Source: Mobula hypostoma (lineage: Eukaryota). Taken from it: a stretch of DNA of 64,000 nt. The DNA lies in NCBI RefSeq assembly GCF_963921235.1, contig NC_086101.1, positions 1,240,001-1,304,000 on the forward strand, given 5' to 3'. Under the pieces are notes generated by a model that ran no database searches, was not told the DNA's origin, and saw nothing but the letters and a program-made list of their open reading frames with translations. The position numbers and the translations under genes are program-made. Below are positions 10,589 through 23,123 of this stretch, one piece after another (positions within the stretch are counted from its first letter, which is position 1; every line of letters starts with the position of its first letter).

Positions 10589-12837
10589 GTACCTCTTCCT
10601 ATAGATGCTGCCTGGCCTGCTGCATTCACCAGCATTTTGTGTGTGTTGCCTGAATTTCTAGCATCCGCAGATTTCCTTGTGTTTGCATTCCTAGCTATCC
10701 ATACTACCGAGAGTTAGAGTGTCTAGCTGGGTGACTGTCAGGAAGAACGGAAATATGAATAGGCAGTTAGACCAGAGCACCCCTGGGGCCATTCCACTCA
10801 AAAATAAGAATACCGCTTTGGATACTTACGTGGGGGATGACCTCCTGGGAGAATGCCATGGTGACCGGCTTACAGGCACTGAGCATGGGTCCATGATGTA
10901 GAAGAGGAAGAGAGAGAGAAGAAGGGAGCGGTAGTGATAGGGGACTCAATTGTCAGGGGAACAGATAGGAGCTTCTGTGGACATGAACGGGACACCCGGA
11001 TGGTAGGATGCCTACCAAGTGCCAGGGTCAGGGCATCTCAGATCACCTCAACAAAATTTCGGAGAGGGAGGGAGAGCAGCCAGATGTCTTGGTACATATT
11101 GGTACCAATGATATAGGAAGGAAAAGCCAAGAGGACCTGAAAATAGATTTTAGAGAGCGAGGTAGAAAGCTGAGACTTCCAGGCTTGTAATTTCTGGATT
11201 GCAGCCTGTGCCACACACCAGTGAGGGTTGAAACAGGATGATTTGGCAGATAAATGTGAGGCTGAGAAGCTGGGGCAGGGGGCAGGGCTTCAGGTTCTTG
11301 TATCATTGGGATCTCTTCTGGGGGAAGTACGATCAGTTCAAAAGTGATGGGTTCCACCTGAACCCGAGGGGGACCAATATTCTCGTGGGCAGGTTTATTT
11401 AAGCTGTTGGGAAGGGTTTAAACTAATTTGGCAGGGGGTTGGAACCGGAGTGAAGGGACCCAGGATAGGACAGATGGTAAAAAAGTAAGGATAGCGTGCA
11501 GTCAGACTGTCAGGAAGGGCAGGCAGGTGATGGGACATAGTCACAGCCAACAGGGTGAGTATCAGTACATTAGGGGTGCAAAATCAAAAAGGGTAGCAAA
11601 GACAGTACTCAAGAAGTTGTATCTCAATGCGCAGAGTATAAGAAATAAGCTGGATGATCTTGTTGCAATATTACAGGTTGCCGGGTAGAATGTTGTGGCC
11701 ATCACTGAATCGTGGCTGAAGGATGGTTGTAGTTGGGAGCTGAATGTCCAAGGCTGCACATTGTATTGGAGGGATAGGAAGGTAGGCAGAGGGGGAGGCA
11801 TGGCTCTACTGGTAAAGAATGTCAGCAAATCAGTAGAAAAATGTGCCATAGGACTGGAAGATGTTGAATCCTTGTGGGTTGAGTTAAGAAACTGCACGGG
11901 TAAAAGGACTCCAACGACAGTTATATACAGGCCTCCCAACAGTGGCTGGGAGGTGGACCACAGATTACAACAGGAAATAGAAAAGGCGAGTCAAAAGGGC
12001 AATGTTATGGTAGTGATGGGAGATTTTAACATGCGGGTCAATTGGGAAAATCAGGTTGGTAATGGATCTCAAGAGAGTGAGCTTGTTGAATGCTTAAGAG
12101 ATGGCTTTTTAGAGCAGTTTGTTGTTGAGCCTACTAGGGGATGAGCTATACTGAATTGGCTGATATGAACTGAACCACAGGCGATTAGGGGGTTAAGGTA
12201 AAAGAACGCTTAGGAACCTGTGATCACAATATGATTGTATTCAACTTGAAATTTGACAGGGAGAAAGTAAAGTCTGATGTAGCAGTATTTCAGTGGAGTA
12301 AGAGAAATTACAGTGGTATGAGAGAGGAGTTGGCCAAAGTAAATTGGAAGGAGCTGCTGGCAGAGATGTCAGCAGAGCAGCAATGGTGTGTGTTTCTGGG
12401 AAAAATGAGGAAGGTGCGGGACACATGTATTCCAAAAATGAGGAAATACTCAATTAATAAAATAGTACAACCATGGCTGACAAGGGAAGTCAAAGCTATT
12501 GTAAAAGCAAAAGAAAGGGCATGCAACAAATCAAAAATGAGTGGGAAGATAGAGGATTGGGATTTTTAAAAAACCTACAGAGAGCAACTAAAAAATCATT
12601 AGAAGGGAAAAGATGAAATATTAAAGCAATCTAGCAAATAATATCAAAGTGGATAGTAAAAGTTTTTTCAAGTATGTTAAAAATAAGAGAAATGAGAATG
12701 GATATAGGACCACTAGAAAATGAGGATCAGAAATAATTAAGGTGGACAAGGAGATGGCTGATGAACTAAATGAGTACTAGCATCTGTCTTCACTGTGGAA
12801 GACACGAGCATTACGCCTGATGTGGTAGTGTGTGAAG

Positions 12838-13256
12838 CTTCTCCATGGATTGTCACCTTGTCGCGGTGGAGAAGCTTGTGTGGTCCTGTGATCCCGAGAG
12901 CGATGCCGTCTGGAGCTATGCTCCTGGTAGGGTCACCCATGGCGGTAAGGTCGAGGGTGAGGTCCCTGACAAAGAACAATCCAACTAAGACCTCAACGGT
13001 GGAACAGGTGGGCGAAGTTACTTTGAACTCAACGGCTGTGAAGGTGGATGAAGGCTGCAACAAATCCATCAGCTCCAATCGTCGTGGTTTCCATGCCATT
13101 GGAATCAGTTGGTTGATTTGTGAAGTATCGTGTGCTTCTTGGAGTGCAACATCAAGTACATGTTAAACAAATACACGCACAGGCGTCTTCACTCTGTGGG
13201 CTCAATGGAACGAAGACCATCATCCTCGACCTCGAGGGATAGCCACGATGACGCTG
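12838..13256 (+). mobile_element. Non-autonomous RTE-derived (bipartite) element
   Basis: 5' end tgtcaccttgtcgcggtggag...ctggtagggtcacccatggc...ctgacaaaga resembles RTE (Expander/BovB) 5' UTRs; 3' hairpin atcctcga-cc-tcgagggat and a gat/gac tail; TSD agtgtgtgaag (12827-12837) / agtatgtgaag (13257-13267). Confidence 0.75.
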
Positions 13257-14084
13257 AGTATGTGAAGGAAGAGAAGTAGGTGCAGTTACTATTACAAGAG
13301 AGAGGGTGCTCAAAAAGCCAAAAGACCTAAAGGTACATCAGTCACCCAGGTAAGATGAACTGCACCCTAGGGTTCTGAAAGAGGTAGCATTAGGAGATTG
13401 TGGTGGCATTAGAAATGATCTTTCAAAAATCATTGGATGCTGGCACTGTGCCAGAGGACTAGAAAATTGCAGATGTCACTCCACTTTTTAAGAGAGGAGG
13501 AAGGCAGCAGGAAGGTGCTACACATGAGGCTGCTTACCAAGCTAACAGCCCATGGTTTTACAGGAAAGTTACTAAGATGGTTAGAGTATTGGCTGATTGG
13601 AAGAAGTCAGAGAGTGAGAATAAAAGGGTCCTTTTCTGGTTGGCTGCCAGTGACTAGTGGTGTTCCACAAAGGTCAGTGTTGGGACCACTTCTTTTTACA
13701 CTGTATATAAATGATTTAGATGATGGAATAGATGGCTTTGTTGCTCAGTTTGTATATGATACGAAGATCGGTGGAGGGGCAGAGAGTGTTGAGGAAACAG
13801 GTCGGATGCAGAAAGACTTAGATTAGGAGAATGGGCAAGAAGTGACAAATGAAATAGCATGTTCATGGTCATGCACTTTGTTGGTAGAAATAAATGTGTG
13901 GACTATTTTCTAAACAGGAGAAAATCCAATAACATGACAAAGCCAATAACATGACAAAAGTTTCTTCAGATACCTAAAGTGTAAAAGAGAGAGGAAAGTG
14001 GATGTAGTACCGCTGGAAAATGATGCTGGAGAGGTAGATGAATGGGTCACAACGAAATGGCAGATCAACTGAAAAGTAATTTAG

Positions 14085-15560
14085 AAAATACAACACAGAA
14101 ATCTACAGCACATTACAGGCCCTTCAGCCCACAATATTGTGCCAAACATGTAACCTACTCTAGAAACTGCCTAGAAATTCCCTACTGCATAGCCCTCTAT
14201 TTTTCTAAGCTCCATGTATCTACCAAAGAGTCTCTTAAATGATCCCATTGTATCTGCATCGACCACTGTTGCTTGCAGTGCATTCCACGCACCCAACACA
14301 CTTTGTGTGAACAGCTTACCTCTGACATCTCCCTCGTACCTACTTCCAAGTACCTTAAAACTATGACCCCTATTGTTAGCCATTTCAGCCCTGGGAAAAA
14401 GCCTCTGGCTATCAACATAATCAATACCTCTCATCATCTTATACACGTCTATCAGGTCACCTCTCATCCTCTGTCGCTCCAAGGAGAAAAGGCCATGTTC
14501 ACTCAACCTATTCTCATAAGGCATGTTCTCCAAACCAGGCAACATCATGTAAATCTCCTCACCACTCTCTTTAGAGTATTTACATCTCTCCTGTAGTGAG
14601 GTGACCAGGTATGAACACAGTACTCCAAGTGGGGTTTAACTAAGGTCTTATGTAGCTGTAACATTACCTCATGGCTCTTGAACTGTTGAGGGCCATCACA
14701 CCATATGCCTTCTTAACAACACTCCCAACCTGCACAGCAGCTTTGAGTGTCCTGTGGACACAGACACCAAGATTTCACTGATCCTCCAGTCTGCCAAGAA
14801 TCTTACCATTAATATTATATTCTGTCTTCAAATTTGACCTACCAGAATGAACCACTTCAGACTTATCTGGGTTGAAGTCCATCTGCCACTTAAATGTGTT
14901 TTCCTACATCCTCAAAGGATTCAATCAGGCTCGAAAAGCACCACCTGCCCTTGACAAAGCCATGCTGACTATCCCTAATCAGATTATGTCTCTCCAAATG
15001 CTCATAATTCCTACCTCTCAGGATCTTCTCCAACAACTTGCCCACCACTGAAGTCAGACTTACTGGTCTACAATTTGCTGCATTGTCTCTACTCCCTTTC
15101 TTAAACAAGGGAACAGCATTTGCAACCTTCCAATCCTCTGGTACTTCTCCTATCCCTATTGATGATGCAAAGACCATCGCCAGTGTTCAGCAATCTCCTC
15201 CCTCGCTTCCCACAGTAGCCTGGGGTATATCTCGTCCAACCTTTGTGACTTACAACTTAATACCTTTCAACAGCTCCAGCACATCCTCTTTCTTAATGTT
15301 TATACACTCAAGCATTTCAGTCCATGGTAAGTCATCCCCACAATTGCTAGGGGCCTTTTCACTGATGAATACTGAAGCAAAGTATTTATTAATTACCTCT
15401 GCTACCTCCTCCAGCTCCACGCACGTTTCCACTATCGCACCTGATTGGTCCTTTTCTCACTTGGCTCATCCTCTTGCCCCTCACGTACTTGTAAAATGCC
15501 TTGGGGTTTTCCTTAATCCTTCTCATGGCCCCTTGTAGCTCTCCTAATTTCATTCTTGAA
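14085..15560 (-). mobile_element. CR1 ORF2 3' part and 3' UTR, internally deleted
   Basis: RMRGDLIDVYKMMRG, RGHSFKV, DSQHGFVKGR; similar to the copies at 60-1308 and 20266-22030. Confidence 0.9.
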
Positions 15561-15569
15561 TCAAACTTA

Positions 15570-17930
15570 TTTATCATTCTCAATTGTTTTACATCAGTCT
15601 TCACTGTAGAAGACACAAGCAGTATGGTGGAAGTTCCAGGTGTCGGGGCTCATGAGTGTGTGAAGTTACCATAACTAGAGAGAACGTTCTTGGGAAACTG
15701 AAGGCTCTGAAGTTAGAAAAGTCATCTGGACCAGATGGTACAGCTCAGGGTTCTGAAAGAGCTGTCTGAAAATATTGTGGAGGCATTAGTAACGATCTTT
15801 CAAGAAGCACTTGATTCTGGAATGCTTCCTGAAGACGGAAAATTGTAAAATTCACTCCACTCTTGAACAAGGGAGAGAGGCAGAAGAAAGGAAACTTCAT
15901 CGAGTTCATCTAACCTCAGTGGTTGGGAAGATATTGAAGTCTCAGGATACTTGGAGGCCGGTTTCCTCAAGGGGAAGTCTTGTCTGACAAATCTGTTGGA
16001 ATTCTTTGAAGACATAACAAGCAGGATGGACGAAGGAGAATGGGTTGATATTGTGTACTTGGATTTTCAGCAGGCCTTTTTTTTAGATTATGAGAACACT
16101 CAGTCCTCTTTATTGTCATTTAGAAATGCATACATGCATTAAGAAATGATATAATGTTTCTCTGGAGTGATATCACAGAAAAGAGGACAAACCAAAGACT
16201 AACACTGACAGAACCACATAATTATAACATATAGTTACAGCAGTGCAAAGCAATACCATAATTTGATGAAGAACAAACCATGGGCACGGTAAATAAAGTC
16301 TCTAAAGTCCCAAGGCGATTGACTCCTGAATCCCCGATAGCAGGCGCCAAAAGGGAGAAACTCCCTGCCATAAACCTCCAGGCACCGTCAACTTGCCGAT
16401 ACCTTGGAAGCAGCCGACCACAGCCGATACTGAGTCCATCCGTCCGAAAACTTCGAGCTTCCAACCAGCCTCTCCGATACAGCCTCCTGAGCGCCATCCT
16501 CTGCCGAGCGCCTTTGACCCAGCCCCGGCTGCTGAAACAAGCAAAGCCGAGGATTCGGGGCCTTCTGCTCCGGAGATTCCAGTTACCACACAGTAGCAGC
16601 GGCAGCGAAGCGGGCATTTCAGAAGTTTTCCAGATGTTCCTCCGTACACTCACGTCTGTCTCCATCAAATCAGAATTGTGCACAGTCCCCTACTTGACAG
16701 ATAACAGGCATCACCACTGAAGTGGCTGCGCGCACTGCCGTCGCGCCGCCATCTTCTCCTCCTTCAAGAAGGCCTTTATCAAGCCTTCCGAAAATCCAAG
16801 TACACAACAACAACTCATTGTCCTGACAAGGTGCCATATAAGAGGTTGCTTAACAAACCCATAGTATTACAGGAAAGATTCTAGCATGAATGAAGCAGTG
16901 GCTGATTGGCAGAGGGCCAAGTGTGAGAATACAAGGAGCCTTTTACTGCTGGTTGTCAGAGCAGTTTTGTTCTACTGGGGTCTGTGTTGGGACTAATTAT
17001 TTTTTACGTTACATGTCAATGATCTGGATGATGGAATTGATGGCTGTGTTGCAAATTTTGCAGACAATATGAAGATATGTGGAGGGACAGGTAGTTTTGA
17101 GGAAGTAGAAAGGCTACAGAAGGACTTAGACAAATTAGGATAATGGGCAAAGAAATGGCAGATGGAATACAGTGTTGAGAAGTGCATGGTCATGCACTTT
17201 GGTGGAAGAAATAAAAGGATTGATTATTTTCTAAATGGACATAAAATACCATAAACTGATGTGCAAAGGGATTTGGGAATCTTTGTGCAGTGAAATGCAA
17301 TGTTAGCATTCAGTTCAAGAGGAGTAGAATATAAAAGCAAGGACGTAATGTTGAGACTTCATAAAGTACTGGTGAGGCCTCACTTGGAGTATTGTGAGCA
17401 GTTTTGGGCCCCTCATCTTAGAAAGGATGTGCTGAAACTGGGGTGGATTCAAAGGAGTTTCACAAAAAATGAATCCAGGGTTGAATGGCTTGTCATAGGA
17501 AGAGAGTTTGATGGCTGAGCCTATATTCACAGGAATTCAGAAGAATGAGGGGTGATCTTGCTGAAACCTATCAAATGATGAAAAGCTTTGATAGAGTGGA
17601 TGTGGAGAGGATATTTCCTATGGTGGAAAAGTCTAAGACCAGAGGACACAGCCTCAGACTAGAGGGGTGTTCTCTTAGAACGGAGATGAGCAGGAATTTC
17701 TTTAGTCAGAGTGGTGAATGGTGTAATTCTTTGCCACAGACAGCTGTGGAGGACAAGTCTTCATGTATATTTAAGGCAGAGGTTGATAGATTCTTGACTG
17801 GTCAGGGCATGAAGTGATATGGGGAGAAGACAGGAGATTGGGGTTGAGAGGAAAATTGCATCAGCTGTGATGAAACGGTGAAGCAGACTCAATGGGTCAA
17901 ATGGGCTAATTCTGTTTTATGGTATTAAAT
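15570..17930 (+). mobile_element. Decayed CR1 ORF2 and 3' end, interrupted at ~16080-16763
   Basis: GKSCLTNLLEFFED, VYLDFQ, LVRPHLEYCEQFW and RGHSLRL motifs. Confidence 0.85.
16080..16763 (-). mobile_element. Non-autonomous LINE-derived element (Rex1/L2-like ends)
   Basis: Minus strand begins ggaggagaagatggcggcg and ends gacaataaaag...taatct-polyA; flanked by aggccttt at 16072-16079 and 16770-16777; it interrupts the CR1 DFQ motif. Confidence 0.6.
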
Positions 17931-17939
17931 TGCATGGTC

Positions 17940-18620
17940 TTTCTAGTTCTGACCTCGCTGGCTGCTCACCCTCCCACTTAAGAATGCTGAGGATTTGATC
18001 AGAGATATCCCGGATCCTGGCACACGGGAGGCAACATACCATCTGGGAACCTCGTTCTTGCTGTCCATTCCCCTAACTAGCATATCCCCTATTCCCCCTT
18101 CCCTTGTGAGTCACAGAGGCAGACTCAGTGCCAAAGCCCAACCATTTTCATTTTCCTCTGTTGGGTCATCCACCCCCACCCTCAACAGTATCCAAAATAA
18201 TATACATTTTGTTGAGGGGGATGGCCACAGGGGTACTCTGCACTGGCTCCTTAACCCCTTTCCACTTCCTGTCACCCAGTTTCCTGTGTCCTGCACTTTG
18301 GGTGTAACCACCTCTCTTTATGTCCTATCTATCACCCCTTCAGCCTCCCGAATGATCCAGAGTTCATCCAGTTCCAGTTCCAACTCCTTAACGCAGGCTG
18401 TTAGAAGCTGTATCTGGACGCACTTCTTGCAGTTGTAGTCATCAGGGACATTGTAGGTTTCTACGACTTCCCACATCCCACAGGAGGAGCATTTCACTAT
18501 CATGCCTGACATCTCCACTGTCCTAGCTGAGCAGATAACAATGAGCTTTTCTTTCCTTTGCTTTCTCTGAGTGAGGCTTCCTTTCACAGAAGTCTCGAAG
18601 AGCTAAACCCTCAAGGTCAA
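17940..18620 (-). mobile_element. CR1 ORF1 N-terminal fragment (zinc finger plus coiled coil)
   Basis: CSSCGMWEV...CKKCVQIQLL...VKELELELDEL in ORF 18318-18587. Confidence 0.8.
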
Positions 18621-18771
18621 CACTCTGACTATGTCCATAATTCTTTGAAAGTGGCTGAGATCTGGATGCCGGTCGATAGGACTACATAAATTAATAGCTC
18701 AGCACAGACTAGATGGGCCAAAAGGCCTGTTTCTGTGCTGTAGTGCTCTATTACTCTGGGGCGGGGGGCGG

Positions 18772-18796
18772 GTGTGTGTGTGTGTGTGTGTGTGTG
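18772..18796. repeat. (GT)n microsatellite
   Basis: About 12 GT units read directly. Confidence 0.95.
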
Positions 18797-18902
18797 AACA
18801 GAGAACACTACAGCACAGTACAAGCTTTTCCTGCGTAAGATCATGATCTCTTGAAAACCTCAAGGTTGCTGGCTCACTGCTTTCTTTTCTGGAGATACTC
18901 AC

Positions 18903-18983
18903 CATTTTGCTTTGACTTGATAAGTGGCAAACAAGCAATCAGCACGGCAATAATTTCACTTCCCAGAAAGATGTTTCTTTTCC
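18903..18983 (-). CDS. Coding exon (81 bp, phase 1-1), hydrophobic helix, CD47 TM4-like
   Basis: Acceptor attttatttattcgcag, donor gtgagtatc. Only the phase-1 frame is open: (W)KRNIFLGSEIIAVLIACLPLIKSKQN. Confidence 0.72.
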
Positions 18984-19599
18984 CTGCGAATAAATAAAAT
19001 TTGGGAGTAAATGTATGACCTGAGTTAAAAACCTGTTGGACTTACCTCATGAATTATTCCACTGAAATATTTTCTTACAATGTAATTACTTTACATCGCT
19101 CCTGAATATGATTTCACAGCTGTGGTTCTGGAATATGGTTTGGAAAGAACATAGGGCTATAAAACACGGGAGCAGAATTTGGCCATTCAGCCCATCAAGT
19201 CTAGTCTACTCCATCAAGTCTACTCAGCCATTCCATTATGGTTGATTTATTATCCCTCTCAACCCCAAGCAGAGAAAGTGCAAAACACTGTAGTAATGAC
19301 GAGGCTGCAAGAACAAAAACAAAATCAATCTTCCCCCAAGCAGTAAGGCTGATCAACGTCTCTACTCACTAACACAGAATAACAATTATTTTGTTTTCCT
19401 TAATACTTGCGTACTGAAAATGACATTAAAAAATCTTGAATCAATGTGTGCTTCTTTGACTGATTAGTGTAGTTTGGGTTTAAGGAGTTCCACTATTTTG
19501 GAACGACTGAGAGTGTTGGCAGTGATAACCCAGGAATAACTAATGCAGAAGGAGGACTGGCATTCAGATCTCGGAGCACAGTGCATCAAACTAACCCTT

Positions 19600-20265
19600 G
19601 CTAGTGTGTCATGTATGGGAGTATGCAAGGCTAAGAGCTTTTTGATTTAGTGCATTGTGTAGCAAGCTCAGGTGTAGAGTGTGGCTGAGGGATTGGAGCA
19701 GGGGGCAGGGACTCAGAAAGGACAGGGAGGGAGGCAGCGTTATTGACCTCTTCCTGTTCCTAACCTCCACCCACAGAGACTCCGTAGACAATCCCTCCAC
19801 GGTGTCCACCTTTTCTGCAGACGTGACACTATCTCTGATCAAAAGGATCGGGGGCGGGGGCAGGGATTCAGATTTCTGGATTATTGGGACCTCTTTTGGG
19901 GCAGGTGTGACCTGTACAAAAAGGACAGGTTGCACTTGAATCCCAGGGGACCAATATCCTGGCAGGGAGGTTTGCTACAGTTACTGGGGAGACTATATAA
20001 CCATAACCATATAACAATTACAGCACAGAAACAGGCCATCTCGACCCTTCTAGTCCGTGCCGAACTCTTACTCTCACCTAGTCCCACCGATCTGCACTCA
20101 GCCCATAACCCTCCATTCCTTTCCTGCCCGTACATCTATCCAAATTAACTTTAAATGACAACATCGAACCTGCCTCAACCACTTCTGCTGGAAGCTCGTT
20201 CCACACAGCTACCACTCTCTGAGTAAAGAAGTTCCCCCTCATGTTACCCCTAAACTTTTGCCCTT
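19600..20265. mobile_element. Scrambled CR1 fragments in both orientations
   Basis: Plus-strand ORF1 end, inverted endonuclease piece (ESLWVEVRN), then a minus-strand 3' end with a (taacca)n-type tail. Confidence 0.7.
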
Positions 20266-22030
20266 TAAAACATGAAAGAATAGGACCTATCAAGTGTGAC
20301 AGTGGGAAAATATGTGTGGAGCAAATAGCAGAGGTACTTAATGAATACTTCAGTATTACTATGGAAAAGGATCTTGGTGATTGTAGGGATGACTTGCAGC
20401 AGACTGAAAAGCTTGAGCATGTAGATATTAAGAAAGAGGATGTGCTGGAGCTTTTGGAAAGCATCAAGTCGGATAAGTCGCTGGGACCGGATGAGATGTA
20501 CCCCAGGCTGCTGTGGGAGGCAAGGGAGGAGATTGCTGAGCCTCTGGCGATGATCTTTGCATCATCAATGGGGATGGGAGAGGTTCTGGAGGATTGGAGG
20601 GTTGTGGATGTTGTTCCTTTATTCAAGGAAGGGAGTAGAGATAGCCCAGGAAATTATAGACCAGTGAGTCTTACCTCAGTGATTGGTAAGTTGATGGAGA
20701 AGATCCTGAGAGGCAGGATTTATGAACATTTGGAGAGGTATAATATGATTAGGAATCATCAGCATGGCTTTGTCAAGGGCAGGTCATGCCTTACGAGTCT
20801 GATTGAATCTTTTGAAGATGTGAACTAAACACATTGATGAAGGAAGAGCAGTAGATGTAGTGTATATGGATTTCAGCAAGGTATTTGATAAGTTACCCCA
20901 TGCAAGACTTATTGAGAAAGTAAGGAGGCATGGGATCCAAGGGGATATTGCTTTGTGGATCCAGAACTGGCTCACTCACAGAACGCAAAGAGTGGTTGTA
21001 AATGGGTGATATTCTGCATGGAGGTCGGTGACCAGTGGAGTGCCTCAGGGATCTGTTCTGGGACCTTTACTCTTCGTGATTTTTATAAATGACTTGGATG
21101 AGGAAGTGGAGGGATGGGTTAGTAAGTTTGCTGATGACACAAAGGTTGGAGGTATTGTGGATAATGTGGAGGGCTGTCAGAGGTTACAGCGGGACATTGA
21201 TAGGATGCAAAACTGGGCTGAGAAGTGGCAGATGGAGTTCAACCCAGATAAGTGTGAGGTGGTTCATTTTGGTAGGTCAAATATGATGGCAGAATATAGT
21301 ATTAATGGTAAGACTCTTGGCAGTGTGGAGGATCAGAGGGATCTTAGGGTCCTAGTCCATAGGACGCTCAAAGCAGCTGCGCAGGTTGACTCTGTGGTTA
21401 AGAAGGTGTACAGTGTATTGGCCTTCATCAATCATGGAATTGAGTTCAAGAGCTGAGAGGTAATGTTGCAGCTGTATAGGACTATAGTCAGACCCCACTT
21501 GGAGTACTGTGTTCAGTTCTGGTCGCCTCACTACAGGAAGGATGTGGAAGCCATAGAAAGGGTGCAGAGGAAATTTACAAGGATGTTGCCTGGATTGGGG
21601 AGCATGCCTTATGAGAATAGGTTGAGTGAACTCGGACTTTTTTCCTCGGAGCGACGGAGGATGAGAGGTGGCCTGATAGAGTTGTACAAGATGATGAGAG
21701 GCATTGATCGTGTGGATAGTCAAAGGCTTTCTCACAGGGCTGAAATGGTTAGCATGAGAGGGCACAGTTTTAAGGTGCTTGGAAGTAGGTACAGAGGAGA
21801 TGTCAGGAGTAAGTTTTTTATGCAGGGACTGGTGAGTGCGTGGAATGGGCTGCCGGCAATGGTGGTGGAGGCGGAAACGATAGGGTCTTTTAAAAGACTC
21901 CTGATGGCTACATGGAGCTTAGAAAAATAGAGGGCTAGAGGTAAGCGTAGGTAGCTCTAAGGTAAGGACATGTTCGGCACAGCTTTGTGGGATGAAGGGC
22001 CTGTATTGTGTTGTAGGTTTTCTATGTTTC
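20266..22030 (+). mobile_element. CR1 LINE ORF2 RT through 3' tail, relatively well preserved
   Basis: [42 protein letters not shown]; tail ttctatgtt. Confidence 0.95.
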
Positions 22031-22209
22031 AATCTAGAATGTTTGAACCCCCTCGTGGGCTTAATCACGAGCCGCTCTAAAAAGCCACCTCGTAGGCATT
22101 GTAGAAATTCCCCCACCTGGAATCTTAATAAAAAAAGCAGGATCATCTTAGCATGATAAGACAATTGAATGAAATACTTCCTTGCTGTTGATAAATGGCA
22201 CAAAGACAA

Positions 22210-23105
22210 TAGAATAAGAGCATAAGATATATGAGCAGAATTAGGCCATTTGGCCCATCAAGTTTTCTCTGCTATTTCATCGTGGCTGATCCTTTATAGC
22301 TCTCAGTCCCAATCTCGTGCCTTCCACCCATATCTCTTCATGCCCCGATTAATTAAGAATCTATCAGCCTCTGCCTTAAATATACCTGAAGACTTGGCTT
22401 CCACAGCCACTTATGGCAACAAATTCCACAGATTTACCATACTTTCACCAAAGAAATTCCTCTTTACCTCTGCTGGAAAAGGGCACCCCTCTATTCTGAG
22501 GCTGTGTACTCTGGCCATAGTCTTACCTACCACAGGAAACATCCACCCTGTCAAGGCCCTTCAAAATTCAGTAGGTTGCAATGAGGTCACCGCTGAGTCT
22601 TTTGAATTCTGGTGAATACAGGCTCAGAGCCATTATAGGACCAGCCGTTCAATCCTGGAATCATTTTTGTGAACCACTTTTGAACCCTCTCCAGTGTCAG
22701 CACATCCTTTCAAAAAGGAGGGACTCAAAACTGTTCACAATACTCCAAGTGAGGCCTCACCAGTGCTTTATAAAGTTTCAACATTACATCCTTGCTCTTA
22801 TATACTAGCCCTCTTGAAATGAATGCTAACATTGCATTTGCCTTCCTCACCCCAGACTGTACCTGCAATTTACCCCTTAGGAAATCCTGCACAAAGACCC
22901 CCAAGATTTTTGAATTTTCGCTCCATTTAGAAAATAGACTACCCTTAATTTTTTCTAACAAAGTGCATGACCATACACTTCCTGACATTATATTCCATCT
23001 GCCACCTGTTTTCCCATTCTCCTAATCTAATTCCTTCTGTAGCCTCTCTATTTCCTCAAAACTACTAGCCCTTCCACCTATCTTCATATCATCCACAAAA
23101 TTTGC
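22210..23105 (-). mobile_element. CR1 3' portion
   Basis: KANAMLAFISRG, LYKALVRPHLEYCEQF; 3' UTR near 22210-22260. Confidence 0.85.
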
Positions 23106-23123
23106 AACAAAGCTTTAACTTAC

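Larger units (their letters stand above)
10318..10688. mobile_element. Penelope-like-element-derived insertion with inverted pseudo-LTR arms
   Basis: 131-bp inverted arms at 10318-10448 and 10514-10644; 11-bp direct repeat tcctagctatc at 10307-10317 and 10689-10699; each arm holds a hammerhead core. Confidence 0.85.
10200..14080 (+). mobile_element. Long CR1 LINE: ORF1 (SGNH esterase-like), APE endonuclease and partial RT; two nested insertions
   Basis: IGDSIVRG and VHIGTND esterase blocks; LYLNAQSIRNK, AITESWL, IYRPP, MGDFN endonuclease motifs; SGVPQRSVLGPLLFTLYINDLD. Confidence 0.88.

Noticed and set aside
16222..16720. Overlapping 115-153 aa ORFs
   Set aside because: They fall in the GC-rich body of a TSD-flanked insertion and show no recognisable domain.
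18903..18905. ATG at the end of the 81-bp exon as the start codon of a separate gene
   Set aside because: The phase-1 frame is open and joins in frame with both neighbouring exons, so an internal coding exon is the simpler reading.
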